DNA of 64,000 nt from Octopus vulgaris (GCA_951406725.2 OX597834.1:37882001-37946000); one strand, 5' to 3'. Counted from the first letter of the stretch, positions 31,833 to 46,941 are shown. Translations and numbers: made by a program. The notes: a model not told the origin generated them from the letters alone.

Positions 31833-32421
31833 AATACAGGTGGAACTAATTTTTTTTCCAGATGGGTCAACTGGAGCAGCAGGAATCAAAACGTGTCTTA
31901 CTCTAAGACACAACACGCCGCAGAATACCCCAACCACGAAGCCATGCACCCGTATATTATCACTAACAATATCAGATAGAACGGGTATCAACATTGGTGT
32001 TTAACGAAAGGACAGTGTCTCTCAGAACCAAATAGGAAGTACATCCGAATCACAGATAACGCGATTCTATATTCTAGGTTGCGTCATGTATGCATGGGTG
32101 TGTGACAGTGATACGTTTCATGTCCATATCGATAAAAACATCGTTTTGTATTCAGTGAATTTTGTGATACTTGACGATAGTGTAATAGTTGCAGCAATAT
32201 ATTACCAAGGGGCCTGGCTTGCTTATCCACTTGGCTGGTCATTAGCTCTATATTCTTCACATGTGAGTAAATTTCTTCTATGCTTTGTCCATCCTCCTCA
32301 CAGTTGACTACGCCAAGCTTCCACTGTCTCACATCATAGGTATACAACGTAGTAGAAACACACACACACACTCACACACACGTATCGATATATAGACACA
32401 CGTATAAGTATATAAGTAAGC

Positions 32422-32480
<59 letters not shown>

Positions 32481-32534
32481 GCACATATAGATAGATAGAG
32501 GGAGAGAGGAAAAAGACAGAGAGAGAAAAAGAGA

Positions 32535-32613
<79 letters not shown>

Positions 32614-32741
32614 ATATATTTATATTTATATTTATATTTATATTTATATATACATACATACATGCATACATATCATGATATATAAATATATGTATGTATA
32701 TATACATTGATTCACGAACGCAGACACACACAAAAAAACAC

Positions 32742-32786
<45 letters not shown>

Positions 32787-32963
32787 TAGATATATACTTA
32801 TGCGCGCGTGGGCGTGTGTATGTGTGTGTGTGTGTGTGTATGTGTGTGTATTGTGTGTGTTTGTATGTGTGTAGCTGTGGGTGCTTCGTGTGTAAGCTAT
32901 CTCTCTCTTTCTCTTTCTCTCCCTCTCTCTCTCTCTCTTTCTCCCTCTCTCTCTCTCTCTCTT

Positions 32964-33000
<37 letters not shown>

Positions 33001-33131
33001 TACTGCAGGATAACTCGTCTAATAAATTGTAATATTTCAGTCGAGCAATAATTCTGCGCTGATTCACAGCCTTGAAAATTTTTTTTTTAAAAAAAAAATA
33101 AATAATACATACGCATACATACAGACACATA

Positions 33132-33164
<33 letters not shown>

Positions 33165-33194
33165 CTATACATACATACATATATATAAATATAC

Positions 33195-33238
<44 letters not shown>

Positions 33239-33261
33239 TTATATTTATATATATGTATGTA

Positions 33262-33302
<41 letters not shown>

Positions 33303-33319
33303 TTATATTTATATATATG

Positions 33320-33361
<42 letters not shown>

Positions 33362-33495
33362 TATTTATATATATGTATGTATGTATATATATATATATAC
33401 ATATTTATATTTATATATATGTATGTATGTATATATATATATATATATATATACATATTTATATTTATATATATGTATGTATGTATATATGTATG

Positions 33496-33543
<48 letters not shown>

Positions 33544-33569
33544 CATATTTATATTTATATATATGTATG

Positions 33570-33618
<49 letters not shown>

Positions 33619-33950
33619 AGAGAGAGAGAGAGTGAGACAGACAGACAGAGGTAGGAAAGTCAGACACAGAGATAATACACAGATACATAGATAGAGAGAT
33701 AGATTAAAAATGTGTGTATATGTGTGTGTCTCTATGTATGTGATACCCGATGTCGGTTTCATTATATCCCTTTAACTTTGCATTTTGGCAAAATGTCCGG
33801 CAGAATAAGTGCCAAGCTTAAAAGTCATGTGGTGGGGAGCGTTTTCTTCGACTAAACCCTTAAATATGGTTCCCTAACATGATGACTAAAATATATAACA
33901 GCTAAAATCTGTTATATATATATTCATATATATATATATATGTATATACT

Positions 33951-34218
33951 GAGATCCCCTTCGCTCATGACTGACCATGGGATTGCACCTAGAAAGTTAC
34001 CCTCCAAGGCACAAGTCTAGGCAAGGTTGTTTATGGAAGACCAGCAGTCGCCCATGCATACCAGTCCCCCCTCCCCACACCACCCGTGTTATCCAAGGGA
34101 AAGGCAAAGGGGCCGATACAGCTTGGCACCTGTGACGTAGCAACTCATTTCTACAGCTGAGTGAACAGGAGCAACATGAAATAAAGTGTCTTGCTCAACA
34201 ACACAGCACAAAGCCCGG
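33951..34218 (-). mobile_element. SINE family C, head truncated by the HHR element (partial copy at 19664-19775)
   Basis: TTGCACCTAGAAAGTT..CCAAGGCACAAGTC occurs at both loci. The central GTCTTGCTCAA segment is shared with family E. Confidence 0.7.
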
Positions 34219-34722
34219 TTAAATTTATAAACAACTTATAGACATGGGCAAAAGAAAAAAATTCTAATGCCAAATATGCAGAAAATAGGCTTAAATCGTC
34301 AATAACCATATAATTCATCACTACAAGCACGCCACCCGAAGCAAGCCGACAGAAATTTCTAAAAACTTCCGTTATTATCGGATCGGCCCCGATTTCAGAG
34401 TTAATTCATAAGAATTTTCTCTTCGTCAGCGATAAATACGGTAAGAAATAAATAAAATATTTACTTATACCCATGAAAGAAGTAAACACTAAGTCATGTA
34501 TACACTTAAGTACCCCAAATATATCCACAATAGAAATTCTACAGCATACCTTAGCGTGACAGAGTCCGGAAGTGAATAGTATTAAATTTACATCTAATAT
34601 AGGATAAAAATTTTATCAGTGGTCAGCATATTAAAAAATACCCTTAAAGGTTAAATTTATAAACAACTTATAAACAAGGGCAAAAGAAAACAATTAGAAT
34701 TTTTTTTGCCCTTGTTTATAAG

Positions 34723-34724
<2 letters not shown>
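34217..34724 (-). mobile_element. Non-coding HHR-bearing element (retrozyme or non-autonomous PLE-like): 432-bp unit with terminal direct repeat and inverted 5' end
   Basis: 34217-34258 is repeated at 34649-34690, and 34693-34724 is an inverted copy of the same repeat. It contains the HHR at 34375-34435, truncates a SINE on the left and abuts (TA)n on the right. Confidence 0.75.
34375..34435 (-). ncRNA. Type I hammerhead ribozyme
   Basis: Minus strand reads UUAUCG CUGACGA AGAG aa AAUUC uuau GAAUU aa CUCU GAAA UCGG gg CCGA UC^ CGAUAA. Perfect 6-bp helix I and complete core. Confidence 0.9.
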
Positions 34725-34759
<35 letters not shown>

Positions 34760-34761
<2 letters not shown>

Positions 34762-34925
34762 TAGAAATGTTGATGGAGACGGGTAAAAAGGTTGACGAAG
34801 ACCAACAGAAATGGTGGCGAAGATGAATAGAAATGGTGATGAAGCTGGATAGAAATGGTGACGAAGACCGACAGAAATGGTGACGAAGATGGATAGAAAT
34901 GATGATAGAGGTGGATAGAAATCTA
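34760..34925 (+). repeat. About 22-bp tandem repeat (AGAAATGGTGACGAAGATGGAT-like), roughly 7 units
   Basis: Recurrent AGAAATG(G/A/T)TG motif. Confidence 0.8.
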
Positions 34926-35230
34926 GAAACTTCGAATTCGATTAATATTCACGACGCTTTACTTTCAAATCCTTATTTTCCCTTATTTCCCAGTGAATTA
35001 AACCTTTTACACTTGTAACTTTCATGTTAAGGCACCGATGACAGGCTTAGTAAGTATTCCCAAATCGTTTGTCGACATCCTATACGTCAAGATCCCTAAC
35101 GAACTTCTGTTTCTCGTTACGATATACTGAGAGACGTAAATCGAATGTCGTTTGAATGTCATATTCGCATTGAAATTCGTGGATTTGTCTATATGCTTGC
35201 GTGTATACATATTCATATGGCATCTGTGTA

Positions 35231-35276
<46 letters not shown>

Positions 35277-35408
35277 CATAAATACACACATATATATGTA
35301 TATATTTATGTATGTATATATATATATATATACATACATAAATGTGTATATATATATGTATATATACATATATAAGAAATATATATATATAATATAGCGT
35401 AATATATC

Positions 35409-35439
<31 letters not shown>

Positions 35440-35608
35440 ACATATTCTCGCATACCTATATTTATGTAATACACGCATATACGAATGCGTACATATACGC
35501 ACGCATGCTTACGTACATATATACATGTATACTTACATACACCTATACATATAGACATTCATAAAGATAGCAAACATTTTCATTTAGTATATATACATAT
35601 ATATATAT

Positions 35609-35661
<53 letters not shown>

Positions 35662-35956
35662 ATAAGCTCACGCTCACGTTCATACATACTTTAATATATA
35701 TATGAATATATGCATTCATGCGTATACACATACATACACAGTATATATATTTATGTTAATATTCGAGATTTTTTTCCTTAAAAAGTCTGCGCTTCGTGTA
35801 TTGAAGTCACTAATTTTCTTTCATTTCTCTTATTAATAAAATCAATTTAGCTGAGAGCAAGGATTTTGTTTGTTTTTTTTTCTTTCATCATCATTACCAA
35901 CGTGTTCGTCGTAAACTGTATCATCCTCATCGTCATCATCATCATCATCATTATCC

Positions 35957-36022
<66 letters not shown>

Positions 36023-36700
36023 CCTTCGTCGTCGTCGTCGTTGTCGCCACTACTATCACCATCATTATCATTACCACCACTGCCACTACCATCATCATTA
36101 TCGTCACTCATCATCATCATCATCATCATCAACATCATCATCACCATCGTAATGAGCATCATCCTCATCATCATCATCATCATCCTCACCATCACCATCA
36201 ACATCATCGTCGTCATCATCTTCATCATCATCATCATCATCATCATCCTCATCATCATCATCATCATCATCATCAACATCATCATCACCATCATCAGGAG
36301 TATCATCGTTATTGTCATCATCATCATCATCATCACCAGCATCATGAGCATCATCATCGTCGTCATCATCATTATTATCATCACCATCATCACAACCACC
36401 AACAACAACAAACAGCCTGAATACCATCGCGTATTTGTGATTGTGCCAACAGAATTTCTGGTAGTTGCCCCCAAAGGATTTCGATGTTGCAATTGGAGTT
36501 GAAGAGTCAGAATGTCTTTCATTTCTCTTACTTAATAAAATCAATTTAGCTGAGAGCAAGGATTTGGCCCCGGGCAAAATGGAGCAAATTGGCATCTCGG
36601 TTCGGAATATGGTTTCACATCCAAAATGGTGCTTTCTTGGAACAGACATTACCATTATCGTCGCCAAACACCACTGCTGTCAACATCATCATCGTCGTCG

Positions 36701-36733
<33 letters not shown>

Positions 36734-37726
36734 ACGTCGTCATAATCGTCGTCACCATCATTTTCATCATCGCCATTATCATCGTCGTCTTCGTCGTTAC
36801 CATCATCATCATCACCATCATCACCATCATCAACAAAACTCTACAACACATACACACATATGTGTGTGTATGTGTGTATGCATGTGTGAGTATGTCTGTA
36901 TGTATGCATGCATGTGTGTATGTATATATGTATGTGTGTATGTATGTATGTGTGTATGTATGTATCTATATATTTATGTATGTATGTATGTATGTATATA
37001 TGTATGTATGTGTATGTATGTATGTCTGTGTATGTATGCGCGTGTATGTATGTGCGTGTATGTGTGTATGTATGCATGCATGTGTGTATGTATGTATGTC
37101 ATTGTATGTATGTGTGTGTACGTATGTATGTATGTATGTGTATATATATGTATGTGTGTATATAAGTGTTTATATATGTATGTATGCATGTATGTATGCA
37201 TGTATGTATGTATGTATGTATGTATGTATGTATGTATGTATGTATGTATGCATGTATGTATGCATGTATGTATCAGTGTAACTATACAAATGTGTACAAA
37301 ATGCAAGATACTCCAAATCTGTAGAAATCCATAGAAAATATACGCAACAGTTATAGAATTCCAGAAAGAGAAGAAAAACATTTGCATCTTATTAAAATCA
37401 TTTTTCTTCATTTTTTCCATTCGATTTTGTAATTTCTTTTCTTTTTCATCCAATATTTTCAGTCATGATTTGTGATGAAATACATTCCCCTCCCCCCCCC
37501 CTCTAGCATCGAATACAATGAACTTGCCATTATTTCAGGCACATTTTGCTCTCCGACATTCTTTCCCCCAGTAAAGAGAGAGAACCGAAAATGCAAAAAG
37601 GAAGATATGCAACAGAAAGAAAACCAAAAACGTCCGTAAGTTCAAAACATATGAGGTTTTTATCACCTCGTACTGGAGGTGGTGGTGGTGGCGGTGGTTG
37701 TGGTGCTGGTGGTGCTGGTGGTGCTG

Positions 37727-37794
<68 letters not shown>

Positions 37795-38193
37795 GGTGGT
37801 GGTGGTGGTGATGGTAGTAGTAGTAGTAGCAGTTAAAGCAGCAGCAGCAGTAGTTGTTGTTGTTGTTGTTGTAGTAGTAGTAGTAGTAGTTAAAGCAGCA
37901 GCAGTAGTAGTATTAGTGGTGGTGGGGGGTGTAAATGGAGGTGGTAGTGGTGGAGGTAGTGATGATGGTAGAGGTGGAGGTGATGGTGTAAAAGGAGGTG
38001 GTGTAGGTAGAGGTGGTGGTGGTGGTGGTGGTGGTGTGTGTGTGTAAAATCAGATTCTTGATCAGGTCAGATGCCTCCTAGATCAAACCCCGATAATTTC
38101 AGATCATAATTCTCCACCGATGTTGACTTCAGCCTCTTCAGCAAAACCTTTCTGTAAGCACCTTCCTGTCAACCCATTTCTAGATTTATATCC

Positions 38194-38235
<42 letters not shown>

Positions 38236-39384
38236 CTCTCTCTCTCACTCTCATATAGGAAGTATTAAAATTTTAATTAGAGGGATTTGCATTGCACCAA
38301 CGACTTCCTCTTTGCAGCAATGGTTACAGCACCAAAACAGGTAGAAACCGGTGTGGGGATATCCTTCATATGCCGACTGCGTAATGTGAAGTATTTCCCA
38401 TAGATGAATATTAATTTTTCATTGGACAGAGCCCCACCGAAGACAGTTCTAGTGACGACTGGCTCCATGTGGTATGTTATGAGCTTGAAGTTGACGTCCT
38501 CTCTCTCTCTCTCTCTCTCTCTGCTTACTCGACCTCTTCCCAGCTCTCTATAATCTCTCTCTCTCCTTCCAAACATGACTTCCCGGGCTCAATAATTCAC
38601 CTTCCAAACCATTGACTAAACCGGGCTCGTGCACCAGCTGCAGCTGCGACTCGCAAACGCTTGCCCCTCCAGATGTCAAGTCCGAAGCCAGAGACTGCTC
38701 TTGGTTAATGCCTGCTTCTATTATACGGCATCGTACTTCTTCAAAATGATTTTTAAAATCCCTTCAATTTTTGTTGCGTCTGAGAGTATTACAGTGACAG
38801 CATCAACGATATTAGGACAGTACTTTAAATTTTAATATGAACACTACAAATCAGCACTCCTGCTTGCACTGGTATGAACATCATCCAAAACGTAGAAATT
38901 TTCCTTCATATGCCGACTGCGTAATGTGAAGTATTTCCCATAGATGAATGTTTCATTTAACCACATTCGTTTAAAAGCTACTGCTGGACGATGTAGCAAA
39001 ATGGATGCGGGGCTAAAACTGGCTGTGCTTCAAGCAGCTACTAGTGTGTGATAGCTGACACAGACGAAATATTTACATTAATTTTTCATTGGACAGAGCC
39101 CCACCGAAGACAGTTCTAGTGACGACTGGCTCCATGTGGTATGTTATGAGCTTGAAGTTGACGTCGGTGGATTTGTGTGATATCTTACTATTTGTTGTAT
39201 CTCGACCGATGACAAGAGGCAGCCTCTTGGTGAATGGCTACATGGATAAGGAGCTCGCTTTGTATCCACGTGGCTTCGGGTTCAATACCACTGCACGACA
39301 CATTGAGCAAGTATTTTTACTATAGACTTGGGCCGACGAATGCCTTGTGAGCGAATTTGCAGACAAACTATGTGGAAGTCCGTC

Positions 39385-40110
39385 GCATGTACAGTTCTGA
39401 GCCTAAATGCAGACTCTGTGGCACAGTTGACGAAACAATAGACCATCTCGTCTCGGAATGTCCTGTGCTGACACCTTACGAATGCAAAAATCGCCACGAT
39501 AGGGTAGGACAGTATTTAAATTGGAAAATATGTAAACACTACAAAATCAGCACTCCTGCTTACTGGTATGAACATCATCCTGAGACTAGAATTTTCCTAT
39601 CAGCACCGACAGAACGATCCAGATCGATCGACCAGACATAATTACTAAAGACAAGGAAGAAAATACTTGTAAACTAATATATGTAAGTGTTCCACTGATA
39701 AAAATGTATCTGTAAAGGAATTTGACAAATTAAGTAAATATAAGGACCTGGAAATTGAAATACAAAAGACGTTGCATCTTAAAGTAAGAACTGTTCCTGT
39801 TATTCTAGGTGCCCTAGATATGAAAAGAAGAGATGTCAGAAACATCTAGATAGCATCCCAGGAGAACCATTTCTCAGAGAAATCCAAAAGATTGTGCTGA
39901 CAAGTACTGCCTACATCCCTAGAAAAACCATATCAATTTAAATGTCTGTGATGTATTACATGAAAGATATTTCGCTACTGCCTTCACTCGCCACTTCCCC
40001 TCTCCAAGCTTTCATTCATACTGTAAGTCGACCCCGGAGGCACTGGAAACCAGAACATCTCTGGTGTTATCCTTCACTCGCCTTAGGACGTTGGGTGTGT
40101 CTCGGCGAGT
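39385..40110 (+). pseudogene. 3' fragment of an R4/Dong-like LINE (CCHC finger + RLE + 3' UTR)
   Basis: CRLCGTVDETIDHLVSEC..RHDRVG, RPDII..DK, KLSKYKDLEIE, VPVILGAL and EIQKIVL, followed by a non-coding tail. Confidence 0.85.
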
Positions 40111-40257
40111 GTCTGTATGTCTGTCTGTCTGTATGTATATATATATATATATATATATACACGCAATCATCTATGAAGATAGAACAATCACCATATATAT
40201 ATATATATAAATATATACATTTATATATGTATATATATGTATATTTATATATGTATG

Positions 40258-40291
<34 letters not shown>

Positions 40292-40558
40292 TACATATAC
40301 AGAAAGAGAGAGAGAGAATGAGGGAAAGAGAGATTATTCTTTGCCCTTTTTTCTCTTCCGGTTTTCTTTTTGGTTTGTTGTTTTTTGGGGGGGTCTTCTT
40401 GGTTTATATTTTTTTATAGCTTCGTCTTATAACTTCTCTCTCTCTCTCTCTCTCTCTCTCATTCTGCCTTTCTCAACTATTTCTCTATTTCCACCTTTAC
40501 AACAATTTTCTTCCTTGCTTCCTTCTTCTTCCCCCTTCTCCATCTTCTCCCTCTGCCG

Positions 40559-40602
<44 letters not shown>

Positions 40603-40821
40603 TCCTTCTTCTTCTTTTCTTTTTTTCAGAGAGAGATAATAGATGTATTGTGTATATATATGTGTATATGTATATATATCAGAGATAAATATATATGTAT
40701 ATATATGTATTTTATATATGTATGATACATAATAGACACAACATATACTCACTATATAAACACACACACACACACACACACACACATTTCTCTGTGTTTA
40801 TATGTATGTACTGAAGTTATA

Positions 40822-40857
<36 letters not shown>

Positions 40858-41075
40858 CTGTATGTATGTATGTATGTATGTATATGTGTATGTATATGTA
40901 TATATATATATACATATATATATATACATACATATATATATACATATATATACATATATAAATGTATATATATGTATATTTATATATGTATATGTATATA
41001 TATATATAGAACATATATATATACATACATAAAAATATCTATCTATACATATATATGTATATATATATCTATATG

Positions 41076-41107
<32 letters not shown>

Positions 41108-41126
41108 CATACAGATATAAATATAC

Positions 41127-41164
<38 letters not shown>

Positions 41165-42303
41165 TACGTACATATATAAATATACAGATATGATATATAT
41201 ATATATATATATGAAAAATATGTATATATATATACATACTATATACACACAACAGATATATCACATAAAAATATATATGAAAAATGTCTGTATATTTTTA
41301 TATATATAATATATATATATGTATTATATATATATATATATATATATACAAAGTATATAGATATATGAAAAATATAAATACATATATAAATATACAAATT
41401 ACTTTCTAATAAACATGTAATAAACCAAACCAAACCATATATATATACATACATATATTTCTATATATACATATTTTTAGATTAACCTTTTACATAATAA
41501 TATTTGCTTTATATCAATAATAAAATTTTATATATGTATCTAAAAAAAGATAATAAATATATAATATATAAATATCTAGGTGATATAATATAAAATGTGT
41601 ATATATGTATTTTATATATGTATGTATATTAAAATACATACAGGAAGAGGTTTAAATCGCCATTATTCAGCGGCCTTTACTCTTAGCATATTTTTCGTTT
41701 TTTTTTGTTTTTAAGCATTCGTCGATAATATATCCTTTGTTGTCATTAATCTTAGCTTTTTTAAGTCAATATAGATACTATATACAGACAACAACATGGA
41801 GTGTCTTGTACTGTATGTGCTAGTAATATATAATATATATATATATATGTGATGTTTGTGTTATTATATTCTTATATAGTACCATTACAATTTAGATATA
41901 CTATATAAGTATTCATATTTCTTTCTCTCATATCTCTTTCTGTTCGTCTTCCTTCATATTGGCCAGTGTGTATGATGTTCGGTATCTCATCGTTTACTCT
42001 CGAAACCGAACGGAGATGCAAGCGTCTTTTAAAAGACATACAAAAAGAAGGCAAGAGAGAGAGAGAGAAAGTGGAGGAGAGGAGAGAGGAAGAGAGAGAG
42101 AAAGGGAGACAGAGGGGGTGTATTTGTGTGTGTGTGTGTGTGTGTCAATGAGTATGTGTATTGTAAATATCAGGAGAGAAATCACTCAAATCTCATGTAT
42201 TCATACACAGACAGACAAATAGACACACACACACGCACTCACTCACACACACACACACACACACACACACATTTCTCTGTGTTTATGCATGTATGTACTG
42301 AAG

Positions 42304-42362
<59 letters not shown>

Positions 42363-42408
42363 TGTATGTATGTATACGTGAACATAAATAAGTAATATTA
42401 TTTATCAT

Positions 42409-42571
42409 AGGCGCAGAAGTGGTTGTGTAGTAAGAAGCTTGCTTACCAACCACATGGTTCCAGGTTCAGTCCCTCTGCGTAGCGCCTTAGCCAAGTGTGT
42501 TCTGCTATAGCCTCGGGACGACCAAAGCCTTGTGGGATGATTTGGTAGACGGAAACTGAAAGAAGTCCAGC
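42409..42571 (+). mobile_element. SINE family A, 5' half
   Basis: Matches 6379-6529. Confidence 0.8.
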
Positions 42572-42654
42572 ATATGTATGTGTGTGCGTGTTTGTGTGTG
42601 TGTGTGTGTATGTGTGTGTGTGCGTGTGTGTGTATATATATATATATACAGAGA

Positions 42655-42847
42655 GAGGGGGGAAAAGTTTACGAAAAAAATAAAAGACGAAGACAGGTGC
42701 TGTACAAAACAAACAGATGCATTAGTATAACGCTCGGGAATAGAAAAAGTCTTTTACGTTTCGAGCCTACGCTCTTCTACAGAAAGGGACACAGAAAAAG
42801 TAAGGAGAGAAAAAAAATGTGTGTAGTGGTTAACGATCTATCATGGC

Positions 42848-42850
<3 letters not shown>
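42655..42850 (-). mobile_element. About 190-bp element carrying a minimal HHR
   Basis: Lies between microsatellites. The TTCC(C/T)GAGCGT segment after the HHR is shared with 49103-49303. Confidence 0.6.
42751..42786 (-). ncRNA. Minimal (PLE-type) type I hammerhead motif with variant core CUGUAGA
   Basis: Minus strand reads CUUU CUGUAGA A GAGC guag GCUC GAAA C GUA^ AAAG. Helix III is reduced to the palindrome ACGU. Confidence 0.65.
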
Positions 42851-42906
<56 letters not shown>

Positions 42907-43443
42907 CTGTATAAACCTCTTTGCCTTTTCTGTTCACATGATGTGATTTCAGGAGGATGCACTTTGCATGTGCACAACCGTTACATTCGCTCGTATAATC
43001 GAATAGTTACACATAGCAAAAATACAGAGGCTGGAAGCTAGTTAATTTAATCGATTTCAATTATCACATAGTTAATATTTAATTTATCGATAGCCTGAAG
43101 AGATGGAAGAGAGAAAAAAAAAAGAAGAAAAAAAAAAAGAAAAGTTTAGCGAAATAGCCTTCAGCAAAATTTGAACTCAGAACATTTAGAAGCATTTATT
43201 AAACACTGCAAGGGAAATTGTCAGTGGTGCGCTTTATCATCTCTGCCAGCTATAACGCTTATGCTGATTAATCCGTAATGAGCAATTACGGCAGTTTTTT
43301 TTGTTTTTGTTTTTGTTTTTTTACTTCGTTTTCTTGAATAATTACCTGAATCTGTTGTAACAGTAGTAATGCTGATAGCTTTCAAACATACAGCCAATAC
43401 CCATACGTATAGATACCTTCTCGCATATACAGACACACGCACA

Positions 43444-43490
<47 letters not shown>

Positions 43491-43646
43491 GTATATATAT
43501 ATAAAATGTACACCTATATCTATCTATATAAATATGTGCGTGTATATATATACACATATATATATACGTGTGTATGATTGTGTATATATATGTATGTATA
43601 TGTAAATACATACATGCATATACATGCATACATGTATGTGTGTGTG

Positions 43647-43711
<65 letters not shown>

Positions 43712-43842
43712 ATGCATGTACGTATATATATATATACATATATACACAGGTATGTATATATATAAAAAAATATATATATATAAACACACACATATATATA
43801 TATATGTATGTATATATGTATATATATATATATGTATATGCT

Positions 43843-43883
<41 letters not shown>

Positions 43884-44028
43884 ATGAGGTGGAATAAATC
43901 GGTGTGGATGTGAGTGGGTGTAGGTGTTTGTGTTAGGCGTCGCTACGTATATGCCTCTCGGCATAAACATTCTTCCATATGTACACACATCTTGTATGCC
44001 TGCTGATTTATGAAGGTGTATATATAGA

Positions 44029-44068
<40 letters not shown>

Positions 44069-44369
44069 ATTCTGTATGTGTGTATATATACACGCTCTCA
44101 CGCAAACACACACACACACACATGCTTACACAACGTATACATCCACATACCTGTTACTTGCGCAAGTGTGTGTGTGGATATGTGTGTGCGTAGAGTCTGT
44201 ATCTGCGTGTGTGTGTTTGTTTGTATGTGCTTGTTTGTGTGTGTGTGTGTGTGTGTGTGTTATGGGTTAGTGCGCGTGCGCGTTTGAATGTCAGTTCCCT
44301 CTCCTACTGAATAGGCGAGGATGCAAAGTTGTTTTTTTTTATAGTGCCTGGGGTTTTTGGTCATATTTC

Positions 44370-44423
44370 CGATGTTGATGATGATGCTGATGATGATGAT
44401 GCTGATGCTGATGATGATGATGC

Positions 44424-44463
<40 letters not shown>

Positions 44464-44661
44464 AATGATGACGATGATGATGATGACGATGATGATGATG
44501 ATGATGATGATGATAATGATGACAATGATGATGATGACGATGATGATGATGACGATGATGATGATGATGCTGATGATGATGATGATGATGATGCTGATGA
44601 TGATGATGATGATGATGATGACGATGATGATGATGATGCTGATGATGATGATGATGATGAC

Positions 44662-44733
<72 letters not shown>

Positions 44734-46375
44734 GATGCTGATGATGATGCTGATGATGATGCTGATTATCATCATCATCATCGTCGTCGTCGTCATCATT
44801 ATGATCTTATCCGATCCAACTTTTTCAATACTCTACTCGCTGTTGTACCCAACCCACGGCAAACCTACCCACACGTACATACCAACCACCATCGCCGACA
44901 CCACCGTCACCACTATCACCGCTATCACCGCCGCCGCTCATACATCTGATTGACCAATTACAGGTGTAATAACGAGGATGATAACGGCGATGATGATCAG
45001 GATCATGTCAATGACATGATGACGATGACGGTGGTGGTGTGGTATGGTGGTGGTGATAATGCTGACGACCACGATGACGACGATGGTGATGGTGGTGGTG
45101 GTGGTGGTGGTGGTGGTGGTGGTGGTGATGATTATTTGACCCTCGAATACCCTCTTCGTTATTTTTCACGTAAATACCCAACACGCCCCCTCGCAATGAC
45201 ATACCACTACGAAGACCATCACCCGCCCACCCCTATCATTCCACACCACCATGACTAAGCACTACCATCACCGCAAACACCGCCACCATCACCACTACCA
45301 CCGCCACCACCACGACCACCACCAACACCAACACCACCACCATCACAACCACCACCACCACCACCATCGTTACCGTCAATAAAATTCCACTGTCAACACC
45401 ACCCCGACCATCACTACCACCGTCACTCGTACAAACACCACAACCAATACTACCAACACCACAACAACGAATGCCATCGACAATACCCCTATTAACACCT
45501 ACGGGACCAGGGGCAGCAGCAGAACCAAAACCAATATTAACTAGTATGACTAACACCATCATCATCATCATCATCATCATTATCATCATCATCATCGTCA
45601 TCATCGTTATCATCATCATTATCAGCAGCAGCAGCATCACCAGCATTGCTGCCGCCACTACCACCTACCCCATCATCACCACTACTATTGTCACACCAAC
45701 ACCATCAGTTGCCAACCACCACTACAACCACCACCAACAACAACAACAACACTACCACTGCCGCCGCCACCACCACCACCGCCGCCACCAATACCACGGC
45801 TGCCATTCCAACATCTTCGCTTTCATCGTCACCACTCACACCAACATCACCAACACCATCACCACTACCACCATCGTTCCCGACACCGCCGCCGATGCCG
45901 ACGCCATCACCACCTCCGCCACCATCACCACCATCATCGCCACCACTACAGCCATACCAACACCATCGCCACTACCACCGTCAACACCATTAACCGCCAC
46001 CAGTATAATTGCCTCAACTCTACCTTCGCCACCGCCGCCATCACTACCACCGCAACATCAATCACCTCCACCACCGTCACCACCTCCACCACCTCCACCA
46101 CTACCACCACCACCACCACCACCACCACCACCGCACCGCCGCCACCGCCGTCACTTCCACCACCACCACCACCATCAGCTCCTCCCCTACCACTTACGAT
46201 ACCTCCACTTCCACCCCTACAGCAATCAATCACCACCACCACCACCACCTCCACCACTACCACTGTACCGCCGCCGCCGTCACCGCCGTCACTTCCACCA
46301 CCACCACCACCACCACCACCACCACCATCAGCTCCACCTCCACCTCCACCACCCACCACCACCTCCACCAACTTC
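44370..46375. repeat. (GAT)n, (CAC)n and (CAT)n low-complexity region
   Basis: Direct reading. Confidence 0.9.
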
Positions 46376-46626
46376 ACTAAATATATTTTGGCACTTTTTA
46401 ATGTTAAACGAATTCTAAATACGTCATTGACTTATGCTGATGGGTTCTCCTTCGCACACACACACACACACACATACACACATACACATACACACACGCA
46501 CACACGCACACACGCACACATACACACACATATACACACATACACACACGCAAGCACTGGCGTCCTTCATACGAATAAACATATGCGAATGCATACACAC
46601 ATAATAAATACACCAGTGCCAAGTAC

Positions 46627-46665
<39 letters not shown>

Positions 46666-46941
46666 AACACACACACACACACACACAAACATACACACAC
46701 ACACACGTTCACACATACGGACACACACACTCACACACACATCTGCTCATCTGAGAAGAAAACCTAACGTACCGCACACACACACACACACACATACTTA
46801 AGTGTGGGCTGGCATATAATTGTGTGCGTGCGTGCGTGTGTGCGTTCGTGTGTGAGCGAGTGTGTGCGCGCGCGCGCCAGTTTCAATTGGAGAAAGCGAA
46901 TGGGGAGTATTTATATCAAAGTCTGTAAACAGATACTCGAG

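Noticed and set aside
45471-46418. 315-aa Pro/His/Thr-rich ORF resembling an extensin or mucin
   Set aside because: It derives from degenerate (CAC)n/(CAT)n repeats that are open in several frames, with no splice or domain support.
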